From: Candidatus Poribacteria bacterium
GTDB lineage: Bacteria; Poribacteria; WGA-4E; WGA-3G
DNA length: 64,000 bases
Direction: 5' to 3'
Assembly (NCBI GenBank): GCA_965214095.1
Contig: OZ243938.1
Coordinates: 2,688,001-2,752,000 of the forward strand
Position numbers and translations under genes: made by a program. Under the pieces are notes generated by a model, which saw only the letters and a program-made list of their open reading frames with translations, was not told the DNA's origin and did no database searches. Of the stretch, positions 20,005-27,511 are shown piece after piece (the stretch's first letter is position 1; every line of letters begins with the position of its first letter).

Positions 20005-21438
20005 TTACCTCTTTGTGGTTGGGTGCGTTTCACCTTCAGTGGCACGAATCAGTCCGTAGACAGGAATAGTTATCGGCATCGTTTCTGCTGTAGTTAGTAC
20101 TTTGATTTCTTCGCGCAGCAGTTCAGGTGAATTTGCCACATCCCAAAAAACCTTGTACCGTTTTTCTTGTTTTGCGTGCGCGTTGTAAGCATGCAAGGAT
20201 TGTGACCAATCGTCGGGCGCAGCAACTTGTAAAAAGTTAGGCACCTGAATACTGAGCACCTTGAAATTCTTTTTCGCAGAAAGTGTGAACTCGGCAGATG
20301 GGTTTGCGTCTTTGTCCACTGCTCCATAAGAGAGGGTTTGCGGTTGAACCGTCACGGGTCGCACGATTCTCGCAGCAATCGGCAACGACAAGGTTCGCTC
20401 ATTCGGAAAAGCGACGGTAAGTATTGAGGTAAATAGTTTTTCAGCAGTGTCCGGTTCCAATTTTTTCGGAGCCCGTAACTGAATTGTGATAAGGTAGCAT
20501 TCTGAATTCAGATCTGGAGACATTTTCCAAGTTAAACTCGGGTGTGCTGATGGCATGAGTCGGACTTCCTGTAAATTAAGTGGCGCGTTTACACACAGTT
20601 TAATTTTCTTTTCATGTGTCGTTTCAGATAGGATCTGTCCGAAATCACATATATCAGCACTCAGTGTGGCGAACCGCTTTGATGCAGCTACAATTGTTAG
20701 ATAAACTTGTGGGGTTCTTGGACTATCTGTGAAAATTATAGCTGTTGCTAGTGTTGCGTCAGGTGGAACAAGTTCTGGATCAAGCACAACGTTATCAACG
20801 AAACTGTCAGAGAGAGATGCCCCAGGTTTCAAAAACACTTCCACGCCACCGACATGACCATTAGGATACACTCTCATCTGATAGGAATCGGGTCTTGCAA
20901 AAACATAGCCATCAAAGGAATCTCTAATTTGGTAGTGTCCTGACAACAGATGATTGACCTTGAAATACCCGTTTGATACTTCACCTTGGAAAGTCCTCTC
21001 TATCAATTCATCATCAGAATTGAGCAGACCAATCTCTATCTTATCTGTGATCGGCAATGGGAGTCTATTAACAGAATCAAGTAGGAAACCTGAAATAACA
21101 CCTATGCCTTCAATCACAAAATCGGCGTTAACTTCGGTGTTTTCAGTAATGGTAACTTCACGTTGTGAAAGTAGTGCGCTGAGGTGTCGGACTTGGACAT
21201 CCCAAGTGCCAGCAGGAAGGTTTGTGAGCGAAAATTGCCCACCAGAATCGGTTTTAGCGGCGTAAGTCACCTTGTCTATTTGTGAAATCGTAGAGACGGT
21301 GTACTCTGAGAGTGGGTTGTTCTGTTTATCTGTTACCTGTCCCTGAATTGTGCCAACATTTTGGGATTGACAGATTCCAATAGAAGTACCAAAACATAGC
21401 AGAAGCAAGGCGATATAAGTAAGGATAATGTTGTACAT
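20005..21438 (-). CDS. Chimeric carboxypeptidase-regulatory-like / DUF1573-like Ig-fold protein
   Basis: First ~210 aa duplicate the 16209-18308 protein, then switch to I.TD.P..P / DFGQI / P.TLSYG Ig-like repeats. Confidence 0.75.
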   Translation of the reverse strand: MYNIILTYIALLLLCFGTSIGICQSQNVGTIQGQVTDKQNNPLSEYTVSTISQIDKVTYAAKTDSGGQFSLTNLPAGTWDVQVRHLSALLSQREVTITENTEVNADFVIEGIGVISGFLLDSVNRLPLPITDKIEIGLLNSDDELIERTFQGEVSNGYFKVNHLLSGHYQIRDSFDGYVFARPDSYQMRVYPNGHVGGVEVFLKPGASLSDSFVDNVVLDPELVPPDATLATAIIFTDSPRTPQVYLTIVAASKRFATLSADICDFGQILSETTHEKKIKLCVNAPLNLQEVRLMPSAHPSLTWKMSPDLNSECYLITIQLRAPKKLEPDTAEKLFTSILTVAFPNERTLSLPIAARIVRPVTVQPQTLSYGAVDKDANPSAEFTLSAKKNFKVLSIQVPNFLQVAAPDDWSQSLHAYNAHAKQEKRYKVFWDVANSPELLREEIKVLTTAETMPITIPVYGLIRATEGETHPTTKR

Positions 21439-21550
21439 AAGGTTTGCATTTTCTCACTAAGTATAGCATGGACTTGGTATTACTACTAACGCTGCTTGAG
21501 TTGTCCCCAAGTTGTTGTTAACTTTGCTTGTGGGGAAACGGATAACCCCG
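21161..21550. repeat. Direct repeat copy 2
   Basis: See copy 1 at 18031-18420. Confidence 0.92.
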
Positions 21551-22316
21551 GTCCCGTTATCTTGAGTGAATCGACCCGTCCATGTCCAACACCAAGCCCA
21601 TCGCTTGTAATGAAAAACCCAAAAATCTCAACCGAAGGGAATTCAGGGTCTTCAAATTCCTCGCGTTTTTCACCATTCCCGAACCACTGAAAATGTCCAC
21701 GATTAAAACGAATTTCCATAGATGCTAATTCCGGTGTTTTCCATCGGTTTATAACCTCCAGAATAAACCCCTGTTTTAGCGGCTCCAAAGGTTTAGTATT
21801 AAACGGTGCTCCACCACCGTCCCGCGGACTGACATGCGCAGCGTAAATATCAGTTGGATAAAACAGATAGAAAAATGGGGCGGCTCCAGGGAAGTGGTGA
21901 TGCCGCCTCCCGAGGGCAATCCCAAAACCCTTCTGCTTTCGAGCTATATTTTTTACTGTCATAGTGATGTTTTTATATCCCGGAATTTTTACCAGTCTCT
22001 GAATAAATTCTTGATCGTTGATTTTAAAATCTACAATAGAACCACTGGGATCTTTAAATTGGAGTAGTTCTAATGAGGGATGTAGATCTCCGCCACCGTC
22101 TGGTGACTGTAACCATCCCTTTAAAAATCCATCTTCGGTTTTCCATATAGCATGTTTGCCCCAATGTTCCCAGTTTCTCTCTCTCAAAACATCAAAACCA
22201 TCATGGTAACCTTGTGAAAAAGCAGATGGACAAAAAATACCGGACACAAAGAATAACGTAAGTCCTATTAAGATGCGTATGATATGCTTCATGTTACAAC
22301 TCCTTATCTTAACCAC
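21486..22316 (-). CDS. Secreted ConA/DUF1080-like paralog 3
   Basis: YHDGFD..WKTEDGFL; APFFYLF; ends VSPQAKLTTTWGQLKQR. Confidence 0.8.
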   Translation of the reverse strand: MVKIRSCNMKHIIRILIGLTLFFVSGIFCPSAFSQGYHDGFDVLRERNWEHWGKHAIWKTEDGFLKGWLQSPDGGGDLHPSLELLQFKDPSGSIVDFKINDQEFIQRLVKIPGYKNITMTVKNIARKQKGFGIALGRRHHHFPGAAPFFYLFYPTDIYAAHVSPRDGGGAPFNTKPLEPLKQGFILEVINRWKTPELASMEIRFNRGHFQWFGNGEKREEFEDPEFPSVEIFGFFITSDGLGVGHGRVDSLKITGPGLSVSPQAKLTTTWGQLKQR

Positions 22317-22331
22317 ACGTTTTGATTTTGA

Positions 22332-23159
22332 TTAGAATCGCTTCAACGTTCCCCAAGTTGTCGTGAGTTGTGTCCCTCGTAATTGTACAGCAAGATTAGG
22401 TTTGATTATTGCTTTATCAGAAATCGAGATACTTGATATCCTGCTGCCAAACCAATGTCCTCCGATGTGACACGTAATGAGCAATCCCACAATATCAATA
22501 GTTTCTAAGTTCTCATCAGTGAATTCAGTTATCAGATCGTCGTTTGTGTATACCTGGAAATGGCCAGTATCAAAAACAGCTGTAAGATTGCGTGTTGTGT
22601 TTTGGAATATGTCCCCATACCACGCTTTCGTCTTCCCTCTACTATATTTACCGATCTCCGAAAAGGTAACCTTACTTACCTCTTCGGGACTAACGATATA
22701 ACCTTGGACTGCTAAATCATGATCATCTTGACGTTTCCCAATAAACAAGCAGAGTTCCCCCATTCCATCTCCTCCTTCCTGTGGATAAGTAATCTCTTCA
22801 CCTACTATTGTTAACTGCTCAAAGTTAAATTGGACGATTTTCCAGTGCAGAAAAGAGGCTGTGTTCTTATCACATCTTGGAGGGAGAGCATTTGCCCGAA
22901 TATTGGCAAAGAGGAATCCCGCAACAGCTTCCCATTTGGTATCCCCATTTCCCAGCCAAAATCGTTCCCATCCTTTGAGCTCCTCATCATCAAACGAATC
23001 GTTCCATACCTCACTGTAACTGTGTCCTACTGAAAACATACTCAACAAGACTATACAGATACCGATGTATACAATTCGCAAATTCCGACAGACATCAAAA
23101 TTGAAAACAAACAAGTATTTACGATATTGGTATCTATTTCTGGTCGTTTGATTTCTCAT
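22332..23159 (-). CDS. Secreted ConA/DUF1080-like paralog 2
   Basis: WNDSFD..LKGWER; ASFLHW; GELCLFIGK; ends LTTTWGTLKRF. Confidence 0.8.
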   Translation of the reverse strand: MRNQTTRNRYQYRKYLFVFNFDVCRNLRIVYIGICIVLLSMFSVGHSYSEVWNDSFDDEELKGWERFWLGNGDTKWEAVAGFLFANIRANALPPRCDKNTASFLHWKIVQFNFEQLTIVGEEITYPQEGGDGMGELCLFIGKRQDDHDLAVQGYIVSPEEVSKVTFSEIGKYSRGKTKAWYGDIFQNTTRNLTAVFDTGHFQVYTNDDLITEFTDENLETIDIVGLLITCHIGGHWFGSRISSISISDKAIIKPNLAVQLRGTQLTTTWGTLKRF

Positions 23160-23192
23160 ATATTATGCTTCTCTGTTTTGGTATTCTTATAT

Positions 23193-24146
23193 TCAGAAAC
23201 GTTTTATTTTTCCCCAAGTCGTAGTCAATTGAGTGTTTCCCAACTGCACATCAAAAGCATTATTGGTAGGGATACCTTGCCCAGAAATCGAAAAGGTTGA
23301 GATAGTCCCATCAAACCATTGTCCTGGGAATTCAAACACGCTCATCAAACCAACAACATCAATCATGGGAATCTCATCGTCAAAAAATTCTGTAATTAGA
23401 AGGTCTTGCGTCCAGAGTTGAAACTTACCAGTATCAAAAACAACCCTTATATTACCTGAAGTCAATCGAAACATGAGACCGTAATCAGCTTTCACTTCAC
23501 CTTTCTTGTAAATGCCGTTTTCGGTAAATTGTATTTTTGTTGTCTTTTCAGGACTGAAAATATAACCTGCTGCAAAGTCAGGTGAAGGTTGCCGTTTGCC
23601 GAGGAATAAGCAAAGTTCACCAGAAATGTCTGGAGCAGGATTATTTGGATCACCACGTGGGTAACGGACTTCCTCACCTATCACTGTTATCTTGTCAAGT
23701 TGAAATTGGTGGACATTCCAGTGTAGGAAATCTGCAGCTGTTACATGCTCCTGTTTTGGTTTCCCTATTATTGCAAGAAGGTATCCAGTAGTAAATGGGG
23801 AAACTTCCCATTCTGCAAACCAAGGGACTTCCTCAACAATACGTTCCCAACCATTGAGGGCTATGTCATCAAAATCATCTATCCAAGTTCTAGCATAACC
23901 GTGTCCGATTGCAAAAGCAAACAAGACCACTGCACATAGAACGTATTTCATGATACTCTTCATAATTGTTGTTGTGGGAATAAGTAAGCTACCATTCTTG
24001 TTGAATCGACAGATAAGGTTTGTTCCTTTTGTTCTCATAAAAATCACCTCAAAGTCCATCTGAATAAGAAAATTTTGGATTGGGATACGATGGATACTAA
24101 GTGTATGGAAAGGCAAGTCAAGATTCTCTAAAATGCATATCTGCAT
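23193..24146 (-). CDS. Secreted ConA/DUF1080-like paralog 1 (true start probably ~24038 or ~23963)
   Basis: WIDDFD..LNGWER; ADFLHW; GELCLFLGK; ends LTTTWGKIKRF. Confidence 0.8.
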   Translation of the reverse strand: MQICILENLDLPFHTLSIHRIPIQNFLIQMDFEVIFMRTKGTNLICRFNKNGSLLIPTTTIMKSIMKYVLCAVVLFAFAIGHGYARTWIDDFDDIALNGWERIVEEVPWFAEWEVSPFTTGYLLAIIGKPKQEHVTAADFLHWNVHQFQLDKITVIGEEVRYPRGDPNNPAPDISGELCLFLGKRQPSPDFAAGYIFSPEKTTKIQFTENGIYKKGEVKADYGLMFRLTSGNIRVVFDTGKFQLWTQDLLITEFFDDEIPMIDVVGLMSVFEFPGQWFDGTISTFSISGQGIPTNNAFDVQLGNTQLTTTWGKIKRF

Positions 24147-24205
24147 TCAATCTGTTCTTCAGTATAACCTATCTGATAAAAAGAAACAAGATATTCACTA
24201 AATCT

Positions 24206-24817
24206 TTATTGTTTCAAAGTTGACCAAACTATAGGCAGCAACGGTTCATTCTCAATCAGAATCTCTTCCGCTTTATACGCTTCATCATACCATTCAACGA
24301 TACGCCATTCCCCATCTCTTTTTTCAAAGATAAACAGATTATCTCCTTCAGCAAACCATCCCGTATATTCACCTTGAAATAATTCCCCTGTTCCCACGGA
24401 ACCTTGTATTCGGTAATGAGTTCGCACTTCGGATCGAGTTTTGTCCATATCAATGGATATTTCTGGACGAGATGAGAGTTGTATATTTATATCTTGGAAT
24501 TCACTAAAGACCTTATTCGCTGCATCACGTTCTTCACGTATGTCATCAAATTCTGTGTCATCAGTCTTATCGCCTTCTGTTCCCATATCCCCAACATAAC
24601 GAAAACCTTCCGACCAATACGCGCTCATGTATGTTTCAATATCTTCAATTTCATATCCTTCACGCCACTGTTTTATGACATTGTTGATTGCTAAGACATC
24701 TTCTGGCGGTACTATATCGCTCTTGTCCGGTTCCACAGGAGAAAGGTCTGTATTGCAGGCATAAAAAAGGACGAAGAAAATAAGCACACATCCTATCTTC
24801 GCAAATAGGTTGAACAT
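24206..24817 (-). CDS. NTF2/SnoaL-like lipoprotein
   Basis: Lipobox FYAC; I..VI.QW..GYE..DIE.Y...Y; F.FEKRDGEWRIVEW; ends IVWSTLKQ. Confidence 0.75.
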   Translation of the reverse strand: MFNLFAKIGCVLIFFVLFYACNTDLSPVEPDKSDIVPPEDVLAINNVIKQWREGYEIEDIETYMSAYWSEGFRYVGDMGTEGDKTDDTEFDDIREERDAANKVFSEFQDINIQLSSRPEISIDMDKTRSEVRTHYRIQGSVGTGELFQGEYTGWFAEGDNLFIFEKRDGEWRIVEWYDEAYKAEEILIENEPLLPIVWSTLKQ

Positions 24818-24900
24818 AAATTTATTTCTCCAATTTCATTGTAAGACCAGATTTGATGTATATTCTACTTTATCATTAGTTTTCTAACAATACGTTTTTC

Positions 24901-25008
24901 TTTATAGTGGAATGTAAAAATACGTGCACACTCTCGGTAGATGCGGTTTCCTAACCGCATCTATGAGACTGAACAAACACCAGTTCGGTTTGGAAACCGA
25001 ACCTACCG
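24901..25008. repeat. Composite REP doublet, family A (gtagatgcggtttcctaaccgcatc ... gttcggtttggaaaccgaacctac) with TATAGTG end
   Basis: Near-exact reverse complement of 59561-59668; related to 29767-29962. Confidence 0.85.
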
Positions 25009-25131
25009 TCGTGTATAAATAATTTCTGATATTTTTACAGTTGACCTTAACCTAACAACAATCTGTCTTTTTAACACTTGTAATAGAAGGTATCAATAAT
25101 ACCGAAAACTAAATTACGTTATAGGTTTTAC

Positions 25132-25488
25132 GGGTGTGTAAAGTTTTTGGCAAAATGGACACAGACATCCTGTAGGAGGGATCTCCGAATCGCGAACTGT
25201 CGGGAATCGGATGCCCGCCTGCAAGTGGACATTGGTCAGAAAACAGCAATTATTCAACGATTAAATACCTCTGCGTATGTCATGAATGTTTGCATTAATT
25301 GCATTAATTACTACTATAATTTGGATTTATTTATGAAAAAACCTTCGCGAAAAAATAGCGTTCGATTCAGTCATAATAAGGGATTATCGGTGAGCTGGGT
25401 GTACTTCTGAGGCTGAAAGAATGCGGGGCACGGAGACTCCGCAAGACAATGGTTGGTGAGAACTTAGTGCCAAAAACTTTACATACCC
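25132..25488. mobile_element. Non-autonomous MITE (357 bp)
   Basis: 21-bp TIR GGGTGTGTAAAGTTTTTGGCA / TGCCAAAAACTTTACATACCC (1 mismatch); 8-bp flanking duplication GGTTTTAC at 25124-25131 and 25489-25496; solo end at 35645-35665. Confidence 0.85.
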
Positions 25489-25503
25489 GGTTTTACTATA
25501 AAC

Positions 25504-25532
25504 TTGCTATTACAATAGATTTTCAGTATAAT
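25504..25532 (+). promoter_or_regulatory. sigma70-like promoter
   Basis: TTGCTA-N17-TATAAT upstream of 25630. Confidence 0.55.
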
Positions 25533-25629
25533 AAATTCAGGATAGTTTAGACATTTATCATCATCGATGTTAAGTTATAAGAAACATTTAGAATTATTGG
25601 GTAATGTCAATAAAGGTAGGAGATAGCGG

Positions 25630-25887
25630 ATGAATTACGAGGGATTAAGCGGTTGGATGTTAGATATAATGAGATGTATTAAAGTAATTGATAAATCCCA
25701 ATTTACACTTCAAGAAATGTATGATTTTGAAGTGGCATTAAAGCGCAAACATCCTGACAATGGCAATATAAAACCTAAGATTCGACAACAATTACAGTTA
25801 TTATCAAAACGAGGTCATATCAAATATTTAGGTGATGGAATATACGAATTAACAAATAGTACTAGTGCTGTGTCTACTCTTATTTGA
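25630..25887 (+). CDS. Stand-alone DpnI C-terminal / Dam-replacing winged-helix domain protein
   Basis: GWMLDIMRCI..FTLQEMYDFE..L..KHPDN.NIKPKIRQQLQ.L...G.I..LG.G.Y matches the DpnI_C signature; AGGAG RBS. Confidence 0.85.
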   Translation: MNYEGLSGWMLDIMRCIKVIDKSQFTLQEMYDFEVALKRKHPDNGNIKPKIRQQLQLLSKRGHIKYLGDGIYELTNSTSAVSTLI

Positions 25888-25897
25888 TAGGTAAATA

Positions 25898-26021
25898 TCG
25901 CGATTCGGAGATCGCTCCTACTGAATATAGCTTTGTCGTTGTAGGTCGGGTTTCGTGCCTCTACCCGACATGCATCCCTTTATCATCAATAAAGTCGGGT
26001 TTCGTGCCTCTACCCGACCTA
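25898..26021. repeat. REP cluster (tcgcgattcggagatcgctcctac; two copies of gtcgggtttcgtgcctctacccgac)
   Basis: First unit is the inverse of 25172-25195; the second unit occurs twice (~25945-25969, ~25994-26018). Confidence 0.75.
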
Positions 26022-26057
26022 CAATATAAGAATGGACACTCTACTAGTTAGTATTAA

Positions 26058-26354
26058 AACTTTTCAAAACCCAATGCTTTAGTTTTGGGATGTAGAACGG
26101 AACCAACGATGTGCGGGGTATCACTGACTGCCCAACGAAAGATTAGATGTAATACTACATCGTCAACCATGTAGGTAGGTGGAGAGCATCCATATCATGC
26201 CAGTCGAATGCGAACTGGAACACGTGAGCGGGTTGATATGCAGCACATATCTGCAATATGCGTTACCAAAGTCGCTAAATAGCGAACTCTCAAAAGGAGC
26301 GAGTAGACATATTGTATAAAAGCCCTCCCTGCTTTAGCTGGGGGAGTATGTCAA
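26058..26354 (+). mobile_element. Protein-less IS200/IS605-family mini-element enclosing a hairpin-rich (possible ncRNA) sequence
   Basis: Left-end-like AAAACCCAATGCTTTAGTTTTGGGATGTAG; right-end-like AAGCCCTCCCTGCTTTAGCTGGGGGAGTATGTCAA; several internal hairpins; no ORF listed. Confidence 0.65.
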
Positions 26355-26394
26355 AACGTATTGGATATAGATTGTTTCACACGAGGAACACCAA

Positions 26395-27453
26395 ATGGAG
26401 CAAGTAAAAGAACTGCGCATATCAAACGATGCAATCAACGACCCTGAAGAGTTACGCACACGGATGGCAGAAGAAGGTTATCTCTTTTTCAAGAAACTAC
26501 AAAACCCCGATAAACTCTGGGAATTGCGACGTGAAATGCTAACGACAATGCAAGAAGGCGGTTGGCTTATTGCTGGGACTGATCCAATGGATGGCATTGC
26601 CGACATATCAACACAATGCACCGAGGGTGATGCAGAATACACAGACGTATATCATGAAGTGTATAAATTACAGGCATTCCATCGTTCAGCACATTGGAAT
26701 GAAGTCGTTGATATGGTGGAGAAAATTATCGGTAGAGAAGTCCTACCGCATCCACAGAAGATAGCGCGCCTATGGTATCCGAAGTATACCGAACACACAA
26801 CACCGATACACCAAGATTTCGTTCACTTTCAAGGCAATTTCCAAACCTATACATGTTGGGCACCCGTTGGTGATTGTCCGATAGAATTGGGCGGATTAGC
26901 AGTCCTACCCGGTTCTCATAAAATAAATGAGGTGATGGAACACCATTTTTCACTCGGTGCGGGTGGACTGTGCGTGAACACGGATGAACTAAACGGTGAA
27001 TGGCATTCAACAAACTATGAAATTGGTGACACTTTGATTTTTCCTGCTTTGACAATCCACAAAGCATTGCCGAATTTGACAGAAGATCGACTGCGTGTAT
27101 CACTTGACAACCGCTATCAGGCAGTAGATGACCCTATTGCTGAACACATGCTTGAACCACATCTGAACATATTTAACTCACTGAAGTGGGAGGATGTATA
27201 TCAAAATTGGGAATCTGACGAACTCCAATATTACTGGAAAGACTACGATCTCACTGTGATACCGAGAGATTTTAGTTACAACAACAAAGGATTTGAGGAA
27301 GCATTGGAGTTAGCAAAAGATGGTGATAATCGCGCAGCATACCAGTTAAATCGAATTATCAAACGAGATCCCACTACCGATATGGCAAAGAGAGCTACCG
27401 AAGTTTTGCAGGAGATGGATATAGATATTGCAATTGATAGACGGTGTATGTGA
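26395..27453 (+). CDS. Phytanoyl-CoA dioxygenase (PhyH) family Fe/2OG enzyme
   Basis: EEGYL, TPIHQD, TCWAPVGD, GGL.VLPGSH, TIH...PN, RVSLDNRY. Confidence 0.92.
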   Translation: MEQVKELRISNDAINDPEELRTRMAEEGYLFFKKLQNPDKLWELRREMLTTMQEGGWLIAGTDPMDGIADISTQCTEGDAEYTDVYHEVYKLQAFHRSAHWNEVVDMVEKIIGREVLPHPQKIARLWYPKYTEHTTPIHQDFVHFQGNFQTYTCWAPVGDCPIELGGLAVLPGSHKINEVMEHHFSLGAGGLCVNTDELNGEWHSTNYEIGDTLIFPALTIHKALPNLTEDRLRVSLDNRYQAVDDPIAEHMLEPHLNIFNSLKWEDVYQNWESDELQYYWKDYDLTVIPRDFSYNNKGFEEALELAKDGDNRAAYQLNRIIKRDPTTDMAKRATEVLQEMDIDIAIDRRCM

Positions 27454-27511
27454 GCACAACATTTGCCTCTGTCATAAATATTTTACGGCACGCGGAGCGT
27501 GCCTACTACTA

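Noticed and set aside
18031-21550. Diversity-generating retroelement (TR/VR pair) as the cause of the near-identical repeats
   Set aside because: Mismatches are not adenine-specific, both copies are gene 5' ends, and there is no reverse transcriptase in the window.
25147-25410. 87-aa ORF as a real gene
   Set aside because: Lies wholly within the MITE, TTG start, no recognisable motif.
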